From Vicugna vicugna (lineage: Eukaryota): DNA of 64,000 bases. Position numbers and translations under genes: made by a program. Positions 1-11,730 of this stretch are shown here, one piece after another. Where the stretch lies: NCBI GenBank assembly GCA_013265495.1, contig MU058065.1, forward strand, positions 2,705,003-2,769,002, in the 5' to 3' direction. Positions within the stretch are counted from its first letter, which is position 1. Each line of letters opens with the position of its first letter. Under the pieces are notes generated by a model that saw only the letters and a list, made by a program, of their open reading frames with translations, did no database searches and had not been told where the DNA came from.

Positions 1-1010
1 ATTAAAACACCAGTGAGATACCAGTACCCACCTACAGGAATGGCTAAAACAAAACATGCTGAATAAAAAGTAAAATTAAAAAGAACCAAATATTGATGAG
101 AAACTGCATCACTCACACCTTGCTGGTGGGAGTGCGAAATGGTACAGCCACCCTGGAAAACAGTATGGCAGTGTTTTAAGAAAAAACCGAAAATACAATT
201 ATCATATAACCTAGCAATCACACTCCCATGTATTTGTCTTAAGGAAATAAAAACTTGGTTTTATACAAAAAATTGTACATGGATGTTCATAGCAGTATTA
301 TTTGCAATAGCCAAAAACTGGAAATCAGCCAAATGTTCTTCACTGAGTGAATAAACAAATTATGATATATCTATGCAATAAACTATTGCTCAATAATGAA
401 GAGGAAAAACTGCTGCTATATTCAACGCAGGATGGCTCTTATGTCTCAAAAAAGCCAGTCTCAAAGGGTTATGTATTGTATGATTCTATTTATAAAGCAT
501 TCTCAAAGTGACAAAATTGCAGTAGAGGAGATCAGTGGTTGCCAGGTGTTAGGTTTGGGAAAACACTGTGACTATTATGGGGTGATATGAAGGAGTGTAT
601 GTGTGTGTGTGTGTGGTGATGGAACAGTTCTATATCTTGACCATGTTGAAGGTTTCTTGAATCTATAGATACAACAAAGTTTCATAAGACAATACACCAA
701 TATTTTTTAAGTGCGTGTGAAAACTGGTGAAATACGGTCTGTACCTGAGTTAATAGTATTGTACCAATGTCGATTTCCTGGTTTTAATCATGTGCTATGG
801 TTATGGTTATATAAGATATTCATCATTTGGAGAAGCTGGATGAAAGGTACATGGGAACTCTGTACTATTTTACAACGTCTTATGAATCTTAAGTTACCTT
901 TTTAAAACTTCATGAAGGTCAGAGGCTATATGAGAATTCACTGTATTTTTCTGTGAACCTAAAACTACTAAAAAATATAGTATATTTTTAAAAAATAAAA
1001 TAAAGGTAAA
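1..1010 (+). mobile_element. Old L1 (L1M-type) ORF2 C-terminus and 3' UTR
   Basis: ORF 139-354 resembles the L1 ORF2 C-terminus (MVQP.WKTVWQ...MFIA.LF.IAKNWK). L1MC/MD-like 3' UTR motifs follow (atgggaactctgtactatttt; ttttctgtgaacctaaaact), then an A-rich tail. Confidence 0.85.
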
Positions 1011-1576
1011 AATAAAGTCCTTGCAACATTTTATTTTAGAAATTATGAAGGACCCCTCCCTTCCTCCAATGGTAAATGTTGATAACATTTGCCTTTTATT
1101 TTCCTCCAAGAAAAGGCTCAAATTACACATGAATATATGTCACAGAAAATAAATGCTTGTCTTTTAACAGCAACTTATCCACAACAAATGAGCATAAAAC
1201 TCTTGTCAACATAGCCTGTGTCTCATATTGGAATAGCATTTTCAAGAATATCTGCATACTTATTTGGACTTATCAGCCTCTGTGTAGACTGTAGATTCAG
1301 CAAAGCAGTATGTGGAATCTACAACTCAAGTAAGCCTTTCAAATCCATTCATGTGTATGTGAAACCCAAATTTATATCATAGCTAGTTAAGAATTCTTCA
1401 TGATTTACAATAACCCCTGAGAAATGGCCATGATTACAAGATTGAAGACAAATCTCTAACGAGTTAAGATATCTTTTACAGTATTTTCTCATGAGACTCT
1501 GCCAAAGTTGTTTAGATCTCAGTGCATCCCCTAGATTACACTGATCACAGAGCTACTGATGTTAGAAGCCTGTTTT

Positions 1577-1885
1577 TAAAAAATTATAATTAATATATAT
1601 TATATTAGTGTCAGGTGTACAACATAGTGTGTTTCTTTTTGCAGTGTTTCAATATTTTTACACATTAAGAACTAATCACCATAATGAGAGCAGTTACCAT
1701 CCGTCACCATACAGAATTGTTACAATATTTTTTACTATATTCCCTATGTCTATATTACATCCCTGCAACTTATTTTATAGCTGGAAGTTTGGTACCTCTT
1801 AATCCCCCTAACCTATTTAGCCACAGAGAACAAACTGGAGGTGGCCAGAGGAGAGTGGACAGGGGGATGCACAAAACACGTAAAA
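1577..1885 (-). mobile_element. 5'-truncated, 5'-inverted L1 3' end with TSD
   Basis: Minus-strand L1 3' UTR (1577-1822) is joined to a plus-strand copy of the adjacent upstream L1 segment (acagagaacaaactgg...). TSD is tagaagc(c)tgtttt at 1563-1576 and 1886-1898. Confidence 0.8.
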
Positions 1886-2609
1886 TAGAAGCTGTTTTGT
1901 GAGGCTTAGTTTGGCTTCTTTTCAGGAAGCTTCCAGCATAGGAAGTATTAAAAAAAAAAGCCCCTTGTCAAAGATATGGCTGTCTCAAGACATATTCACA
2001 CCATTATAGGAGGCTGTCCATCCATTTCCCAAGGAACCTGTCAAGGCATCTCAGATCTAACTAAGAAAAGTCAATAAAATTCCACCTGGATCCAGCCACT
2101 GAATCAATTTATTTGAAATCTAGAACCATAATTTCTCTTAAAGGTGAAAATATTAAAGAAAAATTTAAGCACATTTATCATGTAAGGTGCCCTTGAGTTC
2201 TTACACAGAACCAAGTTGCTATACAAATCATGCTGGCGCTGAAGCTTAATTTTAAAGAGAAACTTTGTGGGAATTAAAAACAACCCTTATATCAAGTGTC
2301 CATAGGCAATCAATACTGTGCTGGGAAGAAGGTCTCGGAAAGTTTAACCTTGCCCAAACTTGACGACAGCTGGGATTTGAGGTTACTGCTCTATACACCC
2401 ACACAAAAGCCACTGATCAAGAGACAATAAAAGTAAAGCATGTTTGGCTCTCAATTTTCCAGACCATTACATACACCATGAATTCAAGGACCTAGATGTA
2501 GTAATAGCTCTCAGAATTGAGAAAGTCCTTCAAAAACTAGTTCACATCATTTTTGTATATCAGGTTTCTGTAAGAAAAGAAATGTGAAATCAAAACTTTC
2601 AATGTCAAC

Positions 2610-2965
2610 ACAACATCATGATGTTGTTTACATGTGGACTCCTAAAAAAATACAAATTGTATTTACAAACCAGAAATAGACTCACATAGAAAACAAACTG
2701 TGGTTACCAGGAGGGAAAAGGAGGGGAGGGACAGACTAGGAGTTGGGATTAACAGATACACATTACTATCCATGAAATAGATATAAACAACAGGGATCTA
2801 CTGCATAGCACAGGGAACTATATTCAGCTTCTTATAATGAGCTGTAATGGAAAAGGATCTGAAAAAAGATGTCTGTATATATAACTGAATTTTTTGCTGT
2901 ACACATGAAACCAACATTGTAAATCCACTCACTTCAATTAAAAAAATGTTTTTAATTGTACCAAA
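2610..2965 (+). mobile_element. 5'-truncated artiodactyl-type L1 3' end with TSD
   Basis: Motifs cagaaatagactcacatagaaaacaaact and gcacagggaactatattca, A tail. The 18-bp TSD aaaac(tt/cc)tcaatgtcaac lies at 2592-2609 and 2966-2983. Confidence 0.85.
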
Positions 2966-4192
2966 AAAACCCTCAATGTCAACTGTTTCAGCTCTTTCAG
3001 TGATGTCTGAGCAAAGTTCTCCCCCCAGTTAAAAAGAGCATCGGCTTTTCCTAGGAATACTCAATGTGTCCTATGTTTTGTTCTCCACCTCCGCAAAATA
3101 ATGTTTACCCTAATGGATCCTCATCTGCTGAAAAATACTGCTTCATAACCCTGGAGCAACTAATATGGAGACATTTTCTACAAGCATTTAAGTTACTGAC
3201 TTCTTTCGTAGAATGCAAAGGAGTTACCTACATCCGAATAGTCACCATTATGTCACGGTACACATGAGCTGCTCTTCCTGATTCTTGATGCCTCTTCATC
3301 TCATCGTATTAGCCACGAAATGCCAAGTGAAACTGAGGCACCATCTACATCAACTGTGTAAATATATTTCTACTCTCATTGCCTAAGAAACCCCGGTATC
3401 ATGTAGGAGCCATAATAATCTTCTATTATCTTTGTATCCACATTTTCACAATTTGTGTCCTTTATTTTGGGATATCTTGCTTTAAAAAAAAAAGCATTCA
3501 CTGTTAATTATATCATCACCAATGCCATTTAGGAGTCTTTTCTTTAGTGCTATGAGCACTAAGCCTTCATGATAAATTTTAGGATAGCTGTTGGTCCTGC
3601 AGACATTAGATTTGGTCGAGTTATCTTCACTGAAAATAGTGATCTGCCTCTTCAGCCAATTAAGTTGTATGGTAAAAGTAGCTTAAAGAATCAAATGAGG
3701 AATGTAAACTCTGTGAGCAGAAAAGTTGACTCTCATGAGACAATTATTTTATTATAAAGAGATTTTTAATTTCCTTTTCACATCACCATCATGCCAGATG
3801 CAGCACATTGGAAAGCACTCATTGATACAAAGGGCTCTTCAGTATAGGTATAATCTAAAGACCTTCCGGAACCTCCTGGTGTCCTAGACCTGATGCCAAC
3901 CGCGAAAGAGCAGCAGAGGAATAGAACACATATTGGGCTATGCGTCGTAATCCAACTGAAGCACTCTTTTCCCTGAGAAAGGATGAAGGAGCTTGGTTAA
4001 GATCTTTAATTCTTGGCCCTGTAAGAAATAACAATTTAAATTTAGCTGTAAAGCCCCTTGTAAATGTAACTACACATTCCCTCCTCCAGTGCAGTTTTTA
4101 CTGATTCTCTTAGTTGAACAGGTCCGGTTGAGTCCGCAGGTACTGTGCAGCACATGCAGACTCGATTAAACCTTAGAATGTAATATAAACAG

Positions 4193-4393
4193 GAAGAGCA
4201 TAGCCTTTGGGGCAATATTACCTGGGTTTGAACCAGCCTGCTTACTGGCTGATTGCATGTACCCAGCCACCAGACTGAACGTCCCTGTGCCTTGGCTTCC
4301 TCATTTTCTACTTGCAGGAGATAAATACCCAGCTTTCAGGATTGTTGTAAGAAGGGAATGAACTGCTCTGTGTAGTGTTCAGAACAGTACCTA
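4193..4393 (+). mobile_element. MIR SINE
   Basis: cctgggtttgaacc...ctgtgccttggcttcctcatt...ggattgttgtaagaa resembles the MIR core. Confidence 0.7.
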
Positions 4394-4899
4394 TTACATA
4401 TTTATCTCTCTCCTATCAACATCAAGAGAACGACAACACTCCTTTAGGAATACTGCTTACCTGATTTTGTTCACTGAGGATACCAGAACTTTAGATATTT
4501 GCATAAAATTAAGTCTGAATGGAAATTTCAAGTAGGGAGGGAGGAAGATAAAAATGTTAAATTCAGAAAGGTCAAACCTACATTATAGAATAGGAAGCAT
4601 ATCTATATACTTAAACCATCATTATTATTACTGATATATATACACATACATGTGTGACTATATATGCTGACATGATTGTAAAATATAAAATTAACTTATG
4701 TCTAAATTGATTTTAAAATATATTTTAAATATATTCCTATGTTAATATGAAATTCTGTTGTCAACTTCCAGGAGGTCTCATTTAGACCCCGGTGAAGTCC
4801 CTCAGCTTGTGGCATTTAAATAGCTTTCAAACCATAATTTAGGATAGAAATATAATATTTCATAATATGATTATACTATAATTTATTTAACCATGTTCA

Positions 4900-5140
4900 A
4901 ATTCACAAAAAAATAAAATAAATCCAACTATTAAATAATGAAATAGTATTTTCACTTATCAAATACATTTTTAGAATTTATAAAACCCAGTTTTGGTGTG
5001 GATGTTGTAAAACAGTATTTTCATAATTTTATGGAGAACAACTTGGAAATACATATCAAGGTTCTCAAAATCTTTTATCCTAATAATTATCCTAGAGTAA
5101 GAATTGGATATATGCATAGAAGTTTATGTACAAGGACTTA
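4900..5140 (+). mobile_element. Degenerate L1ME ORF2-end fragment
   Basis: cccagttttggtgtggatgttgtaaaacag...tggagaacaacttggaaatacatatcaa resembles the old L1 3' ORF2. Confidence 0.5.
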
Positions 5141-7179
5141 CCACATCATTTTTGGAGGGGGGAGCAGGCTCTATATCCAGAAACACAACTAACCCCATCT
5201 ATCATCTGTCCTCCTTCCATTATTAGTGTGGGAGTAATGTAGTAAGTACCGAAACCTGAGCATAACTTGTCCAAGATCCATTACTCATATGAATGATGAA
5301 ATATATGCTATTTCCATAAAAAGTTGATTGCTTATGTTTGGTTACTGATGACACTAATCACAGTGACCCCCTTTATCCATCAAATATTTGAACAGAAAAC
5401 TCTCCGCGATACTTTTGAGTGAGAGCTGTAAGCCATCCAGTGAGTTTACCATACTTCATGATTTTTTTGTATGGATCTTTATTAGAGGATTCTGTAAAAG
5501 TGATTCCAGTTTAATAATATTGCTTTTAGGGCTATTTTCAAAATGATGATGACAATGATTATTCCAATTATAAAATGCACCACTATTATTAAATGATTCA
5601 ATCAATTAAAATCTGAATTATCTTTGAAGGACCAAAAAATAACCACATAAAGATGTCTATGGCTACTTCTAGGAAACTTTACACTAATTTTTTCTTATAA
5701 AAATGACAGGAAATCCAAAATACATTTCAATGCTATTATAATAAAAAAATAAAATACAGTGTAAAACTTGAGTAAATATATTCTTGTTTATTTAGGAAAA
5801 ATATGCATTTGAAAACATTAGGTATTTCACTAAAGGAAGGGAGATGATTTAGGAGAATGAGACAAATTATGCAAATTCAAGAATATTTGATTTTCACTAA
5901 GTAGTTAAAAATGCTATGAATAGAATTTCCTAGGTTAGGTTATTTAGATATAGTAATTGATTCAAATAAACACTGATATACTTGCTGCTACATTAAAAAA
6001 TATAAATTTCAAATTTTCTGAAAAAATTGTTTTCAACACTATCCTTTTACACAACTTAAGCATTTCAATGGATAGCAGTTTAAAAACAGAGACACAATGT
6101 TACATTTTTGGTGATTTTTTTGAGACTATCTGAATGTCAATTTTAAGATCATATTTTTATTGAGTGAATTTCTCAAGCAATCCTGGAAGTCAACATTTTT
6201 AAGTAAAGTTAAATTGCATTTATTGATTCTCTGTAAATAGATCATTAAAGAGAATAACAAATAAAAAAGTATAGTTTTTAAAATTAAATACATTTTATCA
6301 TATAAAGTAAATATAATGAAAATAAAAAATATACATAAAATATAAATACATAAAATATTTATTTTCCCCTTTAGTGACTCAATAATATATATGATTGATT
6401 GATGGATTGATTCATTGATCCAGTTACAGAGAAATTGATGACTGCAGTATAAATAGACATAGATAAAGATAAAAGGAAACTATTTTCAATTAGACCATAC
6501 ATTTCTATTTAACTTCATGCTTTTAAATATCAGGTTGAAACTATCTGACATGATGTGTTTCTAAAAGCAATATGGCGACTAAATTTGAATGATTATGGTC
6601 AATCTATGAAGGAAAATAAACAATATTATGGAAAGGATTTACTCCAGTATTTGATTGCCTCAGAGAAACAAGTGAAATGCACCATTTCATCAACGACTTG
6701 GATTATGGGTAAGGTTATATCTGTATTTGTTTACTCTAAACAAAAATGTAATTAACCATTCGGAAAAACAACAAGCAAAAAGATGGCACATTTTCTCTAG
6801 TTTAAAAACAATAGGAAGCTAGTATGTATATTTGAATGAGACAAGTTGATGGAGGGGGGAATAGAAATGAAAATAACAAAATATAGAGTAAATGTTTTCG
6901 GTAAACACACACACAATGAAGGGAAAGAATGTATACTGTACTTGAGAGAGATTAAACTTTCAGAATGTACTTATGTGCCTCACCATTATCTCCCAGAGTA
7001 GTATAATGGAGTTTTCCTAACAATATGAAAAACAGGAACTGATAAATGAGGTAAATTAATCTTCAAGAGAGACAGGTTTGTGTATAGAAAGCTCAATAGC
7101 ATACAGCTCTAATTTAAAAACTCCCACTTTCAGAAACTGTTGGTGGTCCAAGGGATACACCCAAGGGCTGTACAGATGC

Positions 7180-7560
7180 ATTACTTATGCTCAAAGCCTC
7201 CACAAGCTGGCTCCAAGTCGTTTGTCCAACTCTATTTCCCACTGCTGCCCTATACTTCTGTTGAACTTAACACGTTTCTGACCTCATGGCATCACTCACG
7301 TTACTCCTTCTGACTAACATGTCCTGGGACAAATTCCACACCATCCTACCCATCCTCAAGGCCCAGCTGAAAGATCCTCTTGTGTATGAAGTCCCCCTCC
7401 CTATTTGAAGAAGAAGTGAGTTCAGCCTTCTTGAAGCTTTCAGACAACTCTTTCAAAATTGCTCCTTCCTCCTTGTCCTTTATATGGTCATTTCTACTTT
7501 TTTCACTTCCTTTTTAAAAAAATAAATTCCTTGAGGATAAACAATTTGACCCACTCCTCT
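7180..7560 (+). mobile_element. L2 LINE 3' fragment
   Basis: catcctacccatcctcaaggcccagctgaaag...tgaagtccccc L2 motif. Confidence 0.65.
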
Positions 7561-7824
7561 TTACAGTAAAAGATTTCTTTACTGCAAGGTTTTCAAAACT
7601 CTTATATGCTCATTTGTATTATTATTGCCCAAAAGGAAGTGGATAGTACATAATATTTCCCCAATTTTTTTTCTCTGAATCTTTTTCTTCTTGAATAACT
7701 ATATCTCTCAGGAATAATGGTCAAAGAAAAGGTTTAGGAAATTCAGCTACCAGTCATTTTTAACCTAGAAGAAACAAAAATCAAAACTAATTCTGTTAGT
7801 TCAATCCCTTAGCACAATACTCAG

Positions 7825-7940
7825 GCACAAATATTTATTAAATGTCTAATATCAACCTGGCATTGTTTTAGATGCTGAAGATATTTAAGAACAATTCAGA
7901 TAAAATCTATGTCATCATTGAAACTTATATTTTAGTAGGA
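7825..7940 (-). mobile_element. L2 3' end (resumes ~8680-8825)
   Basis: aatatttattaaatgtctaatat...ggcattgttttagatgctgaagat matches the antisense L2 3' end. Confidence 0.6.
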
Positions 7941-8232
7941 CATTTTCTTTTAAAAAATTGAGGTGAATAAAAAACTAATCTTTTATATTAGCCCACATAT
8001 TAACTGTTTCTTGTGTTCCTCCTTATTTTCTGTATATATTTGCTTTTTCATATGGTATATGTTTTTACAATTTGAAGAACTTTCTTAACTATTTCATGAT
8101 ATGTAGTTGTGTTGGTAACAGATTCTTTCAGCTCTTTTTTATCTGAGAACAAAGTATTTTACTCTCATATATGAATGACATTATTTGGGGATATAGAATT
8201 CTGGGTTGAATTTTTGTTTGTTTTGTTAGTGC

Positions 8233-8360
8233 TTTTTTTGTGAGAGAGGTAATTAGGTTTATTTATTTATTTATTTATTTTTAATGGAAGTACTGGGGAT
8301 TGAATCCAGGACCTCATGTATGCTAAGCACAAATTCTACCACTGAGCTATACCCTCCCCC
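8233..8360 (-). mobile_element. tRNA-Ala-derived camelid SINE (vic-1-like), copy 1
   Basis: Reverse complement reads gggggagggtatagctcagtggtagaatttgtgcttagcatacatgaggtcctggattcaatccccagtac, then an (AATA)n/aacctaattac tail. Confidence 0.9.
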
Positions 8361-8369
8361 ACAGATATT

Positions 8370-8520
8370 TCATTTATTTATTATTCTATTATTAAATTAA
8401 TTTATTTTTGCAAGGGAGAGGTATTTAGTCTCATTTATTTTTAGAGGAGGTACTAGGGGTGGAACCCAGGGCCTCATGCATGCTAAGCATGCGCTGTACC
8501 ACTTGAGCTAAGCCCTCCCT
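8370..8520 (-). mobile_element. tRNA-Ala-derived camelid SINE (vic-1-like), copy 2
   Basis: Reverse complement reads agggagggcttagctcaagtggtacagcgcatgcttagcatgcatgaggccctgggttccacccctagtacctcc, then an A-rich tail. Confidence 0.9.
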
Positions 8521-9099
8521 CTCGTTCAGTGTTTTAAAGTTGTCATTCTATAATTTTCTCTCTTTTATATTTCTGATGAGAAGGTGGCCTTAATTAGAAT
8601 GCTTTTTGCTCTGTAAGTAATATGTTAAGTTTTTCCTGGCTGATTTCAGAATTTTGTTTTGTTTTGTTTGCAGCATACATCATAGAGCACATAACATGCC
8701 CAATCATGTAAGTGTTAAAGAAAAAAATAAAGGGGAATGGGATATGAAATGTAAGAGGGATGGTGTGATGGTGAAATTTTAGATAAAGTTGCCTGGAAAG
8801 CTTCATTAAGAATGTGCATGAGACCATGACAATAATAGTGGTGTGAAAGAAATAACATTGGACTAAGTAAATACACTGAGATTTTTAGATGTGGGCTTGG
8901 ACAAGTATCTCAAATTTGGGGGGGCCTCAATTTCCTTAGTTTGGAATAAGTGGGTATGGTGAGGGAGAAATTAGATCTATTTAATAAACATTAATAACCA
9001 AACGAAACCTAATACCAAGCCTTGTCAGCATCATAGTTACAGAAGTAAATAATCTTCCTAGCAAAATAAAACTCCATCTTTTACAGGAAGAAGGCATAA

Positions 9100-10428
9100 T
9101 TCAGATATCTTAGGACATATCACCTGTAATAACCAGAATACAATGAAAATTTACTAGAGATGCAAAGAAATCAGAGTTGTGTACCATAATCAAGAAGGAA
9201 AGTAGTCAGTTAAGAGTAGACCCCAGGATGACATAGTTGTTGATATCAACAGACAAGGTATTTACAGCAGTTATTATAAACTTGCTCAATGAGTTAAAGA
9301 AAAATAAATTTTTAGTAAAAACAAATTTGGAACCTGCATACAGAAATAGAAACTAACACAGAACCAAATTAAAATTCTAGAACTGAAAAGTTTAACATCT
9401 GAAGTGAAAAATTTAATTAACAGGTATAATAGAAAATTAGAGAGGACATTAGAAAGGATCAATAAACTTGAAAACAGATACACAGACTTTCAATCTGAAG
9501 AACAGAAATAAAAGTAATTGAAATAATGATGTACAAGCCTCAGTGACCTGTGAGAAAACACTGATTTGTCTCATATATGTGTAATTGGAGTATTAGAAGA
9601 AGAGGGTAAAGACAACAGTAGAAAAAAAATCTTGGAAGAAGTAGTAGTCTAAATGCTCCCTAATGTAGTGAAAAACATCAATCTGCAGATCCAAGAAGCT
9701 CAGAAGATCCCAGAAGTTTAAATAAAAAGAATCCATAGCTAATTTACATTTTAGTTAAACTGCTGAAGACAAAATGAAACAAAGCAAAAATCCTAAACTC
9801 AGCCAGGAAAAACATGACATTACTTACAGAACACAGAGTATGTGAATTAAAGCTAAATACTCATCAGAAATATAATAGAAGAGAAAACTATAGATGGACA
9901 ACTTTAAAATGCTGAAAGGAAAAAAAATCAACCCAGGATTCTATATCCAGGGAAAATATCATTCATACATAAGGGTGAAACACTTAGTTCTCAGATGAAC
10001 AAAAGCTGAGAGAATTTGTCATCAACACTTGCACTGTAAGAAATAGTAAAGAACATTCTTCAAGTTATGAGAAATTATACCACATGGAAAATCAAATATA
10101 CAAGAAATAATGAACACAAGAAATGGTAAATAAGTGGACTGATATAAAAGACTCATCTATCATTCTACTCTTAATTTCCTTAAAATAAAATGTCTATCTG
10201 AAACAAAAAAAAATCACTGTAAGAAGTGATTTTTAAATATATATAGAAGTAAAAATAATATCACAATAACAAGAAGGAAGGGGTAAATGGAATTATATTA
10301 TGATAAGTTTCTTATGTTGAGAAATGACAAGAGTAAACTGTGAAGTGTGAAGTGAATTCTGAAGTAGAGAAGTATTGATTCTGAGTATATTTTGTTAAGG
10401 ATGCATGTTGTAGTCCTCAGAGCAACCA
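9100..10428 (+). mobile_element. Old L1 ORF1 and inter-ORF remnant
   Basis: Decayed ORF1 motifs: aaattctagaactgaaaag, cagatccaagaagctcag, caacccaggattctatatccagggaaaatatcattc. Confidence 0.8.
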
Positions 10429-10742
10429 AATGGTACATACTGTATGATTTCAACATTATGAAGTGTCAGGACTGGTGAAAGTCATCTTAGCAACAGAAAC
10501 TGTATTAGTGATTCTGGATCAGGAAATGGGGGTGATGAGGTAGTAACTGATTGCAAAGAGTCATGAGGGGACTTTTGGATTTTCTGGGTTAAATAAATGG
10601 TTTGTATGATGATTGGATTGGGGCTACATATTGTATACATGTTTCAAGTCTCTTCAAACTTTATATTTAAATATGTACAATTTATTATATGTATTATATG
10701 TAAGTTATATCTCAGTGTAGTTTAACAAATGAAAAAATAAAA
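10429..10742 (+). mobile_element. Old L1 (L1ME/MB-type) 3' UTR end
   Basis: tacatactgtatgatttc...gcaaagagtcatgaggggacttttgg...ttattatatgt, then an A-rich tail. Confidence 0.7.
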
Positions 10743-11589
10743 TTAGCCAAATAATAGCATCATAGCCAGCACACAGTGTAATAAATATTTATTAATTTAA
10801 CAATTGTCTTAGCCTTTGTTAGGTGATTGGGAGATACAAAGATGGAAAAAAAGTTTCCCTTGTTCAAGTTTCAAGTCTTTTCATTTCTAAAAATTTTTGC
10901 TGCAAAATGTTGCCACATATAACTTTGTTGTGTTACATTGACAATATAGAGAGTTATGCATACTGAAAGAAAGAGAGGGGTCAGGAAAGTTGCTGGAATA
11001 ACTCTAACCCAGAGTTCCTTGAGAAATACTACCAGATGTATTAATAATAATGTTTGATTTACCTCTGTATCCCTGGCACAGGTTAGAAAACCCAGCTTGT
11101 AATAAGGCTGAAGAATAATAGTGAATGAATGAATGATAGGCCATATAGCTAAAATTAACTACTACTTCACAGTCGTTAAGCTAAATTGTCAACCACTGTT
11201 GGGGCACGTGTTCAAAGCTTTAATCAATTTGGCTACCCTCCTCACTCTTCTTGTCTATGGTGACATATAAACATGGGGAAATGGCCTACTTTTTTTTTTG
11301 TAGTTTGTCATGCCCTATTTAATACGGTCCCCAATGAGTATTAATATATCATATTTGTCCTTGTGCTCAACTTGCTCTGAATAACAGCCTTTCAGAGTAG
11401 AACAGACCTCAGAGACGAATTCAACTCTTTCATTTTCAGATTAAAATCCTTGGCCTCAAAAAGTGAACGGCTTGGGATTGCATAGAGTGTTGATAGAAGA
11501 ATTCAATTATATTAAACTCCTAATTTGGTATTTTTACTGGACTAAATCACTCACTAATTAAGGAAAAAGTCTCTTATCATCAATTAGAA

Positions 11590-11730
11590 AGATAGAAGAG
11601 AGGAGGAAGGAAGGGAAGGAGGGAAGGAAGAAAGGAAGGGAAGGGAAGGGAGGGAGGAAGGAAGGAAGGAAGGAAGGAAGGTAGGAAGGAAGGAAGGAAG
11701 GAAGAGAGAGAGGAAACAGAGAGAAAGCAA
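11590..11730 (+). repeat. (GGAA)n / GA-rich polypurine microsatellite
   Basis: Directly visible ggaaggaaggaa runs. Confidence 0.95.

Larger units (their letters stand above)
7975..8670 (-). mobile_element. Old L1 ORF1-region fragment interrupted by SINEs
   Basis: ggtaacagattctttcagct...ggatatagaattctgggttga...tttctgatgagaag is antisense L1 ORF1 C-terminal sequence. Confidence 0.7.

Noticed and set aside
3210..3375. Minus-strand translation KYIYTVDVDGASVSLGI...RIR..S...DVGN, vaguely like a Rho-family GTPase
   Set aside because: It lacks the DTAGQ and P-loop motifs and has in-frame stops, so it is probably chance. A blastx would settle it.
5250..5492. Possible minus-strand terminal exon (cttttacag|, frame SSNKDPYKKIMKYGKLTGWLTALTQKYRGEFSVQIFDG*)
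   Set aside because: Weak pyrimidine tract, no clear donor, and an unrecognised peptide.
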